Positions 19,900-29,680 of a DNA stretch of 64,000 nt are shown here, in pieces. The notes under the pieces were generated by a model. The model was given only the letters and a program-made list of their open reading frames with translations. It ran no database searches and was not told the origin of the DNA. The stretch comes from an uncultured Bacilli bacterium. Its GTDB lineage: Bacteria; Bacillota_I; Bacilli_A; RFN20; CAG-826. Every line of letters begins with the position of its first letter. The stretch's first letter is position 1. Made by a program: the position numbers and the translations under genes. The stretch is taken from positions 6,466 through 70,465 of the forward strand of contig CALVLC010000049.1 in the NCBI GenBank assembly GCA_944336335.1. The letters run 5' to 3'.

Positions 19900-21159
19900 T
19901 TATTCGTAATATTCAAATTCAAAATCAGCAATTTTAACTGTATCACCAGTTCTTGCTCCAATTTCATGAAGCTTGTTATCAACACCAATTTTGTTTAAAT
20001 ATGTTAAAAGTCTAAGCATTCCTTCATCAGTTGAAATATTGATAAGGTTATATGTTCTAATTACTCTATCACCAACGATTTCATAATAACCTTCTTTACG
20101 TTTAACAATATCAAATATTTCTTCTTCATCATTAAGATTAAAGATTTCTTCTTTATCTTCTTCTTTATAAACTGGCCAAATTGGAGCATCTTTTAATAAT
20201 TCAACACATTTATAAAGAACTTTATCAAGGTTTTCTTCGCTAATACAAGAAATTGCAATTACAGGTTTATTTACTTTAGCCTCAAATTCTTTAAGTTTTT
20301 CTTCACTGCCTTCTTCATCCATTTTTGAAGCGACAATGATTTCAGGTCTATCTAAAAGATGCATCCCATAGTTATTAAGTTCTTCTTTAATGTCTAAATA
20401 ATCTTGATATGGATCTTCTCTAGACATATCAACCATATGAACTAAAACACGACATCTTTCAATATGACGTAAAAACATTAAGCCAAGACCTTTTCCTAGA
20501 TGAGCACCTTTGATTAATCCAGGCATATCAGCGATTACAAAGCTATCATCTCCAATTTTAGCAACACCTAAATTTGGAACTATTGTTGTAAATGCATAAT
20601 CGCCAATTTCAGCTTTACAATTAGTAACACAACTTATAAAAGTACTTTTACCAGCATTTGGTAAACCAATTACACCAACATCAGCTAAAAGTTTAAGTTC
20701 AAGAATTAATCTTTTCTTTTCGCCTGGCAAACCGTTTTCAGCAATTTTTGGGCATCTATTACGGGAACTCTTAAAAGCTGAATTTCCTCTTCCGCCTCTT
20801 CCGCCTTTACAAACTAAGTAAGTTTCGCCAACTTCTTTAAGATCACATAAAAATTGGTGATTTTCTTCTAAAAAGACAACAGTACCAACTGGTAAATCAA
20901 TATAAATATCTTCTGCAGCGTGGCCATATTGGTTTTTGATATCGCCGTTTTCTCCATCAAGCGCAATAAAAGTTCTTGAATGACGATAGTTAACAAGTGT
21001 AGTCGTTGTTTTTGAGCATCTTAAATAAACGGAACCACCTCTTCCGCCGTTTCCGCCTGCTGGACCGCCTTTTGGTACGCCTCTTTCACGTCTAAAAGCA
21101 ATACGTCCATTGCCACCTTTTCCACTTCTAACTTCAATAATCGCTCTATCAATAAACAT
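19900..21159 (-). CDS. obg: GTPase Obg/CgtA
   Basis: Glycine-rich Obg fold N-terminus (GKGGNGRIAFRRE...GGNGGRGG), G-domain GLPNAGKST, and C-terminal TGS-like domain. Confidence 0.9.
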   Translation of the reverse strand: MFIDRAIIEVRSGKGGNGRIAFRRERGVPKGGPAGGNGGRGGSVYLRCSKTTTTLVNYRHSRTFIALDGENGDIKNQYGHAAEDIYIDLPVGTVVFLEENHQFLCDLKEVGETYLVCKGGRGGRGNSAFKSSRNRCPKIAENGLPGEKKRLILELKLLADVGVIGLPNAGKSTFISCVTNCKAEIGDYAFTTIVPNLGVAKIGDDSFVIADMPGLIKGAHLGKGLGLMFLRHIERCRVLVHMVDMSREDPYQDYLDIKEELNNYGMHLLDRPEIIVASKMDEEGSEEKLKEFEAKVNKPVIAISCISEENLDKVLYKCVELLKDAPIWPVYKEEDKEEIFNLNDEEEIFDIVKRKEGYYEIVGDRVIRTYNLINISTDEGMLRLLTYLNKIGVDNKLHEIGARTGDTVKIADFEFEYYE

Positions 21160-21218
21160 AAAATTGTCCCTTTAAAAGAAAATCACCTGTTAAGAAACAG
21201 ATGATTTAATTTTCATAA

Positions 21219-21518
21219 TTAAGCAGCTACTTCGTAGACGCTAACACGTTTTCTATTTTTGCCAACTCTTTCGTATTTAACAATACCAGCCTTTGTAGCA
21301 AAAATTGTATCATCACTACCCTTTTTAGTGTTAACACCAGGATAGATTCTTGTACCGCGTTGTCTATAAATAATCATGCCTGCTTTACAAAAGTGACCAT
21401 CGCTTCTTTTTGCGCCGAGTCTTCTACCAGCAGAATCTCTACCGTTCTTAGTACTTCCGACACCTTTATGGGATGCGAATAATTGTAAATCAAGTTTAAA
21501 ACTTAAATACATAAACAT
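21219..21518 (-). CDS. rpmA: 50S ribosomal protein L27 with N-terminal pro-sequence
   Basis: [15 protein letters not shown] core is preceded by a cleavable extension. The Prp protease gene is adjacent. Confidence 0.9.
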   Translation of the reverse strand: MFMYLSFKLDLQLFASHKGVGSTKNGRDSAGRRLGAKRSDGHFCKAGMIIYRQRGTRIYPGVNTKKGSDDTIFATKAGIVKYERVGKNRKRVSVYEVAA

Positions 21519-21526
21519 CTTCCTTT

Positions 21527-21835
21527 CTACATTTCTTTAGAAACAGAGATATAAGCTTTATAAGAATCTTCAATTGTCATCAACTGGGTGAGTATTGTTC
21601 TCATAACAATTTCATCATTTTTGTTCAAATTATCCAATGTATCAATTGTGAGATCTCCACTTTCAATAACAATTTGATAATTTTTGTGATTTGTTAAGGC
21701 GTTACACCCACCAACAAGTATTGCACTAACTGCGCTGCAGACAATATCTTTTCCTTTTTCAGCGAATAAAGCATGTCCATTGGCCTTAATTCTTACAATC
21801 TTGTTATCTTTTTCTAAAAAAGTGATTTTAATCAT
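21527..21835 (-). CDS. prp: Ribosomal-processing cysteine protease Prp (YsxB)
   Basis: 102 aa with a His/Cys dyad context ([18 protein letters not shown]) between rplU and rpmA. Confidence 0.8.
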   Translation of the reverse strand: MIKITFLEKDNKIVRIKANGHALFAEKGKDIVCSAVSAILVGGCNALTNHKNYQIVIESGDLTIDTLDNLNKNDEIVMRTILTQLMTIEDSYKAYISVSKEM

Positions 21836-22147
21836 TTACTTTGAATTAATACTTGTAATAGTTAAGCAAGTATATGGTTGTCTATGTCCGATATGTTTAT
21901 GGTAAGTAGTTTTTGCTTTGTACTTATAAACATGGATCTTTTTGCCTAAACCTTGCTTTTCAACTTTTGCAACAACTGTAGCACCTTTAATTGTTGGGTT
22001 GCCAGTTACAACATTTTTGTCACTAATTAAAAGTACATCGTTAAATGTGTAATCTGTACCAGCTTCTACATTGAGTTTTTCAACATATACTTTTTGTCCA
22101 ACCTCAACTTTAAGTTGCTTACCGCCAGTTAAAATTATAGCGTACAT
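21836..22147 (-). CDS. rplU: 50S ribosomal protein L21
   Basis: 103 aa beginning [18 protein letters not shown]. It is the first gene of the rplU-prp-rpmA operon. Confidence 0.9.
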   Translation of the reverse strand: MYAIILTGGKQLKVEVGQKVYVEKLNVEAGTDYTFNDVLLISDKNVVTGNPTIKGATVVAKVEKQGLGKKIHVYKYKAKTTYHKHIGHRQPYTCLTITSINSK

Positions 22148-22252
22148 CTAATTTGCCTCCAATTTTTAAAATAATTACTCGCTCTTAAGGTAATTCTTGA
22201 GGAATTTTAGGGACCTTTTTAATGCGGTTGTACCAAAAAACCGGGTTACAAC
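22148..22252 (-). ncRNA. Probable ribosomal protein L21 leader (autoregulatory 5' UTR) of the rplU operon
   Basis: A ~105-nt structured untranslated region lies between a sigma-A-like promoter and the rplU start. Bacillota carry an L21 leader at this position. Confidence 0.35.
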
Positions 22253-22259
22253 GTCTATA

Positions 22260-22287
22260 AGTATACTATTTTTTAAGCATTAATCAA
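22260..22287 (-). promoter_or_regulatory. Sigma-A-like promoter for the rplU-prp-rpmA operon (-35 TTGATT, 16-nt spacer, -10 TATACT)
   Basis: On the reverse strand, TTGATT at 22287-22282 and TATACT at 22265-22260. Confidence 0.45.
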
Positions 22288-22324
22288 GTAAAACATTCAG
22301 GAAGATGTTTGATTCGCTATTAGC

Positions 22325-22510
22325 TTATTTCCATTGGAATTTATAGCCACCTGGAAGTTGAATTAAGCCATCTTCAGTATAGAAAAGTTTATAAATCGCT
22401 ACAGCGACAACTGCAATAGCCATAACAGCCATCACTGCTGAAAGTGTAATCGCTTCGCCACAACGGATGGAGCATAATTCATTTTGTGATAAAGGAATCT
22501 TGTTTTCCAT
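22325..22510 (-). CDS. Small membrane protein (61 aa, single C-terminal TM helix)
   Basis: The ORF has a GGAGG SD 7 nt upstream of the start. This SD lies in the 3' arm of a 10-bp hairpin. Hydrophobic segment AVMAVMAIAVVAVAIY. Confidence 0.4.
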   Translation of the reverse strand: MENKIPLSQNELCSIRCGEAITLSAVMAVMAIAVVAVAIYKLFYTEDGLIQLPGGYKFQWK

Positions 22511-22568
22511 ATTTAAAAACCTCCTTTCACTAATATAAAGGAGGTTATCTCGTTTTTTTAAAAAAATT

Positions 22569-25199
22569 TTACAAATTTTCTAATTTCTTTTTGATTTCTT
22601 CAAATTGCGCCTTATACATCTCAAATTTTTCTTTTTCTAAATCAACTTTTTGTTTTGGAGCTTTAGATAAGAATCTTTCATTACTTAACATTGATTCACT
22701 ACGTTTAAGTTCGCTTTCAATCTTTTCTAAATCTTTTGTTAATTTAGCTTTAAGTTCATCTTTATTGACACTATCTTCGATAAATAAAGTCAATTCTGGT
22801 AAAACAATACTGCTTGTTCCTTCTTTGTCTTCTTTAACTAAAGTTAATGATTTAGCAAATGAATATCTACTAAGATATTTACTTAAAGGTTTGAAATCAA
22901 AATTTGCTTTTAAAGAAATGTCTAATGCTTCGTTTGGAGCTAATGAGTTATTTACTTTGTATTGTCTAATCGCTTCAATAGCAGCTTTTAAGGCTTCTAC
23001 TTTCTTAATTGAAGATTTAAAGACTAAACTCTTATCTAATTCAGGATATGATTCAAGCATAATTGAATCTTTATGAACTGGTAAATTTAAGTAAATTTCT
23101 TCACTGATAAATGGTGAGAAAGGATAAATCATCATTAATACTGCTTTTAAAGTATAAAGTAATGTGAAATATGTTCCTTCTTTATAAGAATTTTCATCTT
23201 TTAAAGTTACTTTACTCATTTCTAAATAGAATGAGCAATAATCATCGTAGACAAAGTTATAAAGTAAGTTACTAGCAATACCATATTCATAAGAATCCAT
23301 TGCTTTAGTAATACGTTTAATAACATTTTCAAGTTTAGTAAGGATATATTTATCAACTAATGATAACTTCTTCTTATCAACATCTTTAGCTTCAAGATTT
23401 TTATAATCTTCAGGAATGTTCATCAAGATAAATCTTGCACTATTCCGAATCTTATTGAGATAGTTATTGGCAGCTTTAACTTTTTCTTCACTAAAACGCA
23501 TATCTTGTCCTGGTGAAGCTGTTGTTGCTAAGAAATATCTTAAACTATCAACACCATACTCATTAATAACATCAATTGGATCTACACCATTTCCAAGAGA
23601 TTTAGACATCTTTCTTCCTTGAGAGTCACGAACAATACCATGGATAATAACATCTTTAAATGGAGCCTTGTCTGTGAAATGAAGTCCTTGGAAAACCATT
23701 CTTGCAACCCAGAAGAAGATAATATCGTATCCTGTGACCATACAATCTAAAGGATAATATCTTTTAAAATCTTCTGTTTCATCTGGCCAGCCGAGCGTTT
23801 CAAATGGCCAAAGAGCACTAGAAAACCAAGTGTCTAAAACATCCTCATCTTGGACCCAATTTTCCATATCAGTAGGTTTTTGGGCGGAAACTAGTATATC
23901 ATTAGTAGTTTTCGAGTAGTAAACTGGTATTCGATGACCCCACCAAAGTTGTCTTGAAATGCACCAATCATCGCAATTTGACATCCATTGTTTTAAGACT
24001 TTCTCAAAACGTTTTGGGAAAAAGTTCACTTTATCTTTTGCACTAGCTTGATTTTCTAAAACCCTATCAGCAAGTGGTTTCATCTTGATAAACCATTGTT
24101 TAGATAAGATAGGCTCAACAACTGCATCACTTCTTTCAGAGTGTCCAACTTGATGTTTAAAGTGTTCAATCTTTTCTAAATTGCCATCTTCTTCAATTTG
24201 TTTAACAAGAAGTTTACGGCATTCCATACGGTCCATACCAGCGTATTTTCCACACTTCTCAGTCATTGTTCCATCAGTGTTCATAATGACTGGATGTTCT
24301 AAACCATACTTCTTGCCGATAATAAAGTCGTTAGGATCGTGGGCTGGTGTACATTTCATAGCACCAGTTCCAAAAGAAATATCAACATAATCATCAGCAA
24401 TAATTGGTAATTCTTCCCCATTTGCTGGGTTGATAACCTTTTTACCGATTACATCTTTATAACGTTTATCTTTTGGATTAACGACAACACAAACATCACC
24501 AAACATCGTTTCCGGACGAGTTGTTGCAATAATTAATGGTTCATGGTCAATGTCGACAAAGCGATATAAGAAATAGAAAAATTCGCCTTCATCTTCTTTA
24601 TAAATAATTTCAATATTACTTAAAGCTGTTTTCATGACAGGATCGTAGTTAACAATTCTTTCACCACGATAAATTAACCCTTCATTGTATAAATCAACGA
24701 ATACCTTATTTACAGCTTTAATACATCCTTCATCAAGAGTAAATCTTTCACGAGAATAATCGACCATTATGCCCATTTTTGCCCATTGTTCATGGATAAT
24801 GTGGCTATAAGAATCTTTCCAAGCGTAACATTCTTTTAAGAAGGCTTCTCTACCAATTTCAAAGCGATTTGTACCTTCAGAATTTAATTTAGCATCAACT
24901 TTAGCTTGAGTTGCAATACCTGCGTGGTCAACACCAGGAAGGTATAAAACATCAAAACCTTTGGCTTTTTTATATCTACAAGTAATATCTTGAATCGTGT
25001 TATCGATAGAATGTCCAATGTGTAATTTACCAGTAACATTTGCAGGAGGAATAACCATTGAAAAACGTTGTTTAGAAGTATCTCCAGCTCTAAAATAACC
25101 TTTTGCCTTCCATTTTTCGTATTTTCCTGCTTCTGTTTGTCTAAAATCGTACTTCTTTTCAAGTGCCATATTAATTCGCCTCCCTAACGACGCCTTCAA
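22569..25199 (-). CDS. valS: Valyl-tRNA synthetase
   Basis: 876 aa class I aaRS with HIGH (PPANVTGKLHIGH) and KMSKS motifs and a C-terminal coiled coil. Confidence 0.95.
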   Translation of the reverse strand: MKASLGRRINMALEKKYDFRQTEAGKYEKWKAKGYFRAGDTSKQRFSMVIPPANVTGKLHIGHSIDNTIQDITCRYKKAKGFDVLYLPGVDHAGIATQAKVDAKLNSEGTNRFEIGREAFLKECYAWKDSYSHIIHEQWAKMGIMVDYSRERFTLDEGCIKAVNKVFVDLYNEGLIYRGERIVNYDPVMKTALSNIEIIYKEDEGEFFYFLYRFVDIDHEPLIIATTRPETMFGDVCVVVNPKDKRYKDVIGKKVINPANGEELPIIADDYVDISFGTGAMKCTPAHDPNDFIIGKKYGLEHPVIMNTDGTMTEKCGKYAGMDRMECRKLLVKQIEEDGNLEKIEHFKHQVGHSERSDAVVEPILSKQWFIKMKPLADRVLENQASAKDKVNFFPKRFEKVLKQWMSNCDDWCISRQLWWGHRIPVYYSKTTNDILVSAQKPTDMENWVQDEDVLDTWFSSALWPFETLGWPDETEDFKRYYPLDCMVTGYDIIFFWVARMVFQGLHFTDKAPFKDVIIHGIVRDSQGRKMSKSLGNGVDPIDVINEYGVDSLRYFLATTASPGQDMRFSEEKVKAANNYLNKIRNSARFILMNIPEDYKNLEAKDVDKKKLSLVDKYILTKLENVIKRITKAMDSYEYGIASNLLYNFVYDDYCSFYLEMSKVTLKDENSYKEGTYFTLLYTLKAVLMMIYPFSPFISEEIYLNLPVHKDSIMLESYPELDKSLVFKSSIKKVEALKAAIEAIRQYKVNNSLAPNEALDISLKANFDFKPLSKYLSRYSFAKSLTLVKEDKEGTSSIVLPELTLFIEDSVNKDELKAKLTKDLEKIESELKRSESMLSNERFLSKAPKQKVDLEKEKFEMYKAQFEEIKKKLENL

Positions 25200-25776
25200 T
25201 CATTTCTTTAAGTTTTAAAATACTCTTTTTATCATTTATTGACACTAATAAAGGTGGGTATTTTTCAGGTTCAAAATTTAATTTTGATTTCAAATTTTTA
25301 TAAATTTTCGATCTCATAGACATATTTAACTTATCGCATTTTGTCATGCAAATAACAAATCTATATTTGTATGAAAGCAAAAAACTATAAAAATCTAAAT
25401 CATCATCTGTTGGTTCGTGTCTTGAATCAAGCAAAAATACAACAAGTTTTAAACTCTTGTTGTCTTTAAAATAATCTTCGATCATCTTGCCATAAAATTC
25501 ATAATCTAAGTCTTTTTTAGTTGAAAAACCATATCCAGGACAATCAACAAGATAAAAATAATCTTCAACTGAATAATAGTTTAAAACTCTAGTATGACCC
25601 GGTTTTGAGCTTGTATAAGCAAGTTTTTTTGAATTTGTTAAAGCATTAATCAAACTGGATTTACCAACATTTGATTTTCCAACAAAAAGCACTGAGGAGT
25701 TATACTCCCCAGGTGCTTCTTTAACATCAACAATGCTTTTAATAAATTTCGCTTTATTAAAATAATAGTTTTCCAT
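25171..25776 (-). CDS. engB: Ribosome biogenesis GTPase EngB/YihA (YsxC)
   Basis: 201 aa with G1 motif GKSNVGKSSLINAL. Conserved lon-engB neighbourhood. Confidence 0.85.
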   Translation of the reverse strand: MENYYFNKAKFIKSIVDVKEAPGEYNSSVLFVGKSNVGKSSLINALTNSKKLAYTSSKPGHTRVLNYYSVEDYFYLVDCPGYGFSTKKDLDYEFYGKMIEDYFKDNKSLKLVVFLLDSRHEPTDDDLDFYSFLLSYKYRFVICMTKCDKLNMSMRSKIYKNLKSKLNFEPEKYPPLLVSINDKKSILKLKEMIEGVVREAN

Positions 25777-25777
25777 G

Positions 25778-28111
25778 TTATCTGAAAATTACTTTAACGG
25801 CATCATCTACATTTTTCATGTAAACAATTTTCAATTTATCAGCGAATTCTCTCGGAAGTTCACTGACGCTATGTTTGTTTCCTTCTGGAACAATAATCTT
25901 TTTAATGCCACTTCTCATAGCAGCTAAAGATTTTTCTCTTAATCCACCAATCGGTAAAGCATTTCCTCTTAAAGTAACTTCGCCAGTCATAGCAATATCA
26001 CCACTCACTGGTTTTTTACTTAAAGCACTAATAATTGCACAGGTTATAGCAACCCCAGCACTTGGCCCATCTTTAGGAATTGCTCCTTCAGGAACGTGGA
26101 CGTGAATATCAACTTTATCAAAAATTTGTGGATCAATATCATATTTTTCAGCATTTGCTTTAACATAGTCTAAGGCAATTTCACAGCTTTCTTTCATGAC
26201 ATCACCAAGTTTACCTGTTAAAACGAGTCGACCTTTTCCAGCAAAATAATTAACCTCGATTGCTAAAATATCTCCGCCATAATCAGTATAAGCAAGACCA
26301 GTTACAACACCAACTTGTTTTCCTTTTTCTTTACTTGTTGAATCAAATGGTTCAACACCGAGATATTTAATAACATCTTTTGTTGTAATATTGACTTTAA
26401 AATCAACATTCGAACCTTCTTTTACTTTTTCAACAATGACTTTTCTTATAACGCTTGCGATATTTCTTTCTAAGTCTCTAACTCCAGCTTCTCTTGTATA
26501 ACGGTCAATAATGTAATAAATACTATCATCATCAAAAATAACAGCATCTTCTTTTAAACCATTAACATCAAGTTGCTTTTTAATTAAGAAATCTTTTGCA
26601 ATGTGAAGTTTATCAATTGCAGTATAGCTAGGAACGTGAATTAATTCCAATCTATCAAGTAATGGAGCAGGAATGTTTTCAATATTATTTGCAGTACAAA
26701 TAAATAAAACATTGCTTAAATCATAGTTAAGTTCAAGATAGTTATCAGCAAATTCTTTGTTTTGCTCAGGATCAAGAACTTCTAAAAGTGCACTACTTGG
26801 ATCGCCTTTAAAGGAATCACGACCTAATTTATCGATTTCATCTAATAAGAAAAGTGGGTTATTAACTTTTGCTTTTCTTAAAGAATTAATAATTCTTCCT
26901 GGGCGAGAGCCAACATAAGTTCTTCTATGACCTCTAATTTCAGCTTCATCACTTACACCACCTAAAGAACATTTAATAAATTTTCTTCCAAGTGCTCTAG
27001 CAATTGATCTAGATAAAGAAGTTTTACCACAGCCTGGTGGACCATAGAAACATAAAATTGGAGCTTTTAAGTTACCTTTGAATTTTTTAACGCAAAGATA
27101 TTCAACAATTCTTTCTTTTACTTTAGTAAGACCATAATGATCTTCATCAAGTACTGCTTTTGCATGTTCGATATCATTATCATCTTCAGTTTGTTCGAAC
27201 CATGGGACAGAGAAAACAATATCAATATAATCTTGAATAAGACTGGCTTCAAGTGAACCTTGAGGCATCATTTCTTTACGTTTTAATTCATCTTTAATTT
27301 TAGTTTTAACTTCTTCTGGATAAGGATTTTTTTCTAATTTTTCGATTGTTGAGCTAGAATCTTTACTTGGATCTTCGCCAAGTTCCTTTTTAATAGCTCT
27401 AATTTTCTCACGTAAAAGATATTCTTTTTGTTGTTTATCGGCATTTTCTTGAACTGTTTTCATGATCTTACGATCAATATCGTTTAGTTCACTCATCTCG
27501 TTTAAGGCAAGCAAAATCTTCATGAGACGATCGTTAATGGTAGGTGCCTCAAGTAATTCTTGCTTTCCTTTTGGAGTAACAGAAAGACGGTTAGCTAAAA
27601 AATAGCTCAATTCAATGGAACTGATTCCACGAGATAGTTGCTCATTTATAACTTGGCCGCTGCCTCTAAAGAAATTTTCAAAACCACCGCTTTGAAGTTT
27701 CTTAACAATATTTGTGATTAAGCTAACTTCTTCTTTATTATCTCCGACAATGTCAGGGAATAAAGTTGCATTAGCAACAAACTTTTCACCATCATTTCTA
27801 ATAGAATTGATTTTAACTCTATTAATATGGTTGAATTTTGCTCTAAATCCAGTACTTGTGGCTTCAATAGAGTTAATTTGTGAAAGGACACCAACTGAAT
27901 AAATATCATCAAAAGAGACGATATCTTCAGTGCTTAAATCTTTTTGAGAAACAATAATACAATATGAGGAAAAATCAGCTTTAGACGCATTTGCAGCATT
28001 TACTGAGAATTTACGCTCTACTGCAAGTGCGATTTGTGTTCCAGGATAGCCGACATATCCTCTAGTTATGATTAAAGGTAATTCAAATGGTTCGTTTTCG
28101 TAAAAATTCAT
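25778..28111 (-). CDS. lon: ATP-dependent Lon protease
   Basis: 777 aa with LON N-domain, AAA+ Walker A GPPGCGKTS, and a C-terminal Ser-Lys protease domain (PKDGPSAG). Confidence 0.9.
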   Translation of the reverse strand: MNFYENEPFELPLIITRGYVGYPGTQIALAVERKFSVNAANASKADFSSYCIIVSQKDLSTEDIVSFDDIYSVGVLSQINSIEATSTGFRAKFNHINRVKINSIRNDGEKFVANATLFPDIVGDNKEEVSLITNIVKKLQSGGFENFFRGSGQVINEQLSRGISSIELSYFLANRLSVTPKGKQELLEAPTINDRLMKILLALNEMSELNDIDRKIMKTVQENADKQQKEYLLREKIRAIKKELGEDPSKDSSSTIEKLEKNPYPEEVKTKIKDELKRKEMMPQGSLEASLIQDYIDIVFSVPWFEQTEDDNDIEHAKAVLDEDHYGLTKVKERIVEYLCVKKFKGNLKAPILCFYGPPGCGKTSLSRSIARALGRKFIKCSLGGVSDEAEIRGHRRTYVGSRPGRIINSLRKAKVNNPLFLLDEIDKLGRDSFKGDPSSALLEVLDPEQNKEFADNYLELNYDLSNVLFICTANNIENIPAPLLDRLELIHVPSYTAIDKLHIAKDFLIKKQLDVNGLKEDAVIFDDDSIYYIIDRYTREAGVRDLERNIASVIRKVIVEKVKEGSNVDFKVNITTKDVIKYLGVEPFDSTSKEKGKQVGVVTGLAYTDYGGDILAIEVNYFAGKGRLVLTGKLGDVMKESCEIALDYVKANAEKYDIDPQIFDKVDIHVHVPEGAIPKDGPSAGVAITCAIISALSKKPVSGDIAMTGEVTLRGNALPIGGLREKSLAAMRSGIKKIIVPEGNKHSVSELPREFADKLKIVYMKNVDDAVKVIFR

Positions 28112-28142
28112 TAATTTCGATTACCTCCTTTATGGTATTTAA

Positions 28143-29573
28143 CTACTTTGCTTCCTCTGTAGCTTCCTTTTTAGTGGATTTTGTAGATTTTTTTGTAGTT
28201 GAAGTTGTTGTTTTCTTTGCTCTTGGTTTTTTAGCTGCTGGTTTTTCATCAGCTTTAGCTTCTTCTTTAACTTCTTCTACTTTTTCTTCTTTTGCTTCTT
28301 GAGTATTGTTTGCGCTAATAAATCTAACAATCTTATTCTCAACTAAAGTAGAAATTACTCTACCTTCATCATTTTTATAAATCTTTTTAATTTCTTCAAC
28401 TTTCATGCCATAGTTTGTAGCAAGTTGATTGTAATAATTTTCAAGCTCTTGTCTTGAAACGACTAAATTTTCAACTTGTGCAATCTTTTGGAAAACAAGA
28501 TATTGTTCAAGTCTCTTTCTTGCATCTGCTTTGAAGTTTTCTTCAATCTTTTCATCTGTTAAACCAGTAATTTCTTTATATTGTTCATAAGTTAAGCCAT
28601 TGCTTGTGATTTGATTGATTGTATTTTCTTTCATAGCTTTGACTTCTTGATTGACAACTTCATCAGCAATTTCAAATTTAGCATTTTCAATAATCTTAGC
28701 TAAAATCTTATTGAATTGATCTTGTCTAGCTTGGTTATCTAATCTTGTTTGAACTTGTTTTGTTTCATAAGCTTTGAATTCTTCAACATTTGTAACATCT
28801 TTAAGATTTAATGTTGAAACGAATTCATCATTGAGTTCTGGTTTTTGTTTTGTTTTGATTTCGTGAATCATACAAACGAATTTAGCTTCTTTTCCAGCAA
28901 GATCTTTAACATATTGTTCAGGGAAAGTAACAATAACATCTTTTTTGCTTTCGCTTGTAACGCCAACTAATTGATCTTCAAAACCAGGAATGAATTGATT
29001 TGAACCTAAAACTAATGAGTAGTTATTGGCGCTTCCACCATCAAATTCTTTTCCATCAATATATCCTTTAAAATCGAAAACAACTGTATCGCCTTTTTCA
29101 GCAGCACCTTCTTTAATAACAAGATCAGCGTTATCTTCTAAGACATGATCGATTTCATCTTGAATTTCTTTTTCAGTAGCAACAGTTTTTTCAAGCGGAA
29201 TATTAATATCTTTATATTGTCCTAAAGTTACTTCTGGAGCTGTAACAACTTCAAAAACAGCTGTAAAGCCATTGTCATCTAATGCAGTAACATTAACTTT
29301 TGGTTGTGTGTAAGGTACTAATTTATGTTCACGAAGAGCTTCGTTATATAATTTTGGTAATGCTTCATTAATTGCTGCGTTAATTAATTCAGATGGATTA
29401 ATTCTTTCTCTTGCAAGTTCAATAGGAGCTTTACCTTGTCTAAATCCTTTAATTGTAACTTTTTGAGCAAGTTTCTTTAAAGCTTTATCTTGAGCTTCCT
29501 TCCATTTTTCTTTTTCTACTTTTGCTTCAATTTCATAAAGTGAAGTTTCTTTTTTTGTTAATTTTGTTTCCAT
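28143..29573 (-). CDS. tig: Trigger factor with Lys/Thr/Ser-rich low-complexity C-terminal tail
   Basis: 476 aa with PPIase FKBP-like middle domain. The tail is ...KPAAKKPRAKKTTTSTTKKSTKSTKKEATEEAK. Confidence 0.9.
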   Translation of the reverse strand: METKLTKKETSLYEIEAKVEKEKWKEAQDKALKKLAQKVTIKGFRQGKAPIELARERINPSELINAAINEALPKLYNEALREHKLVPYTQPKVNVTALDDNGFTAVFEVVTAPEVTLGQYKDINIPLEKTVATEKEIQDEIDHVLEDNADLVIKEGAAEKGDTVVFDFKGYIDGKEFDGGSANNYSLVLGSNQFIPGFEDQLVGVTSESKKDVIVTFPEQYVKDLAGKEAKFVCMIHEIKTKQKPELNDEFVSTLNLKDVTNVEEFKAYETKQVQTRLDNQARQDQFNKILAKIIENAKFEIADEVVNQEVKAMKENTINQITSNGLTYEQYKEITGLTDEKIEENFKADARKRLEQYLVFQKIAQVENLVVSRQELENYYNQLATNYGMKVEEIKKIYKNDEGRVISTLVENKIVRFISANNTQEAKEEKVEEVKEEAKADEKPAAKKPRAKKTTTSTTKKSTKSTKKEATEEAK

Positions 29574-29680
29574 TATTTTTCCTCCGCGTATACTGAAAAA
29601 TTATACATTAATCTCAATAATATAGCAAAGTGAAATACCTTCAAATTTGACTATAAATTTCCTAAATTTTTAGATAATAT

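Noticed and set aside
22518-22560. Plus-strand reading of the hairpin plus T-run at 22518-22560 as a terminator for a plus-strand gene
   Set aside because: There is no plus-strand gene upstream. The structure is better interpreted on the minus strand as the valS terminator or SD-sequestering element.
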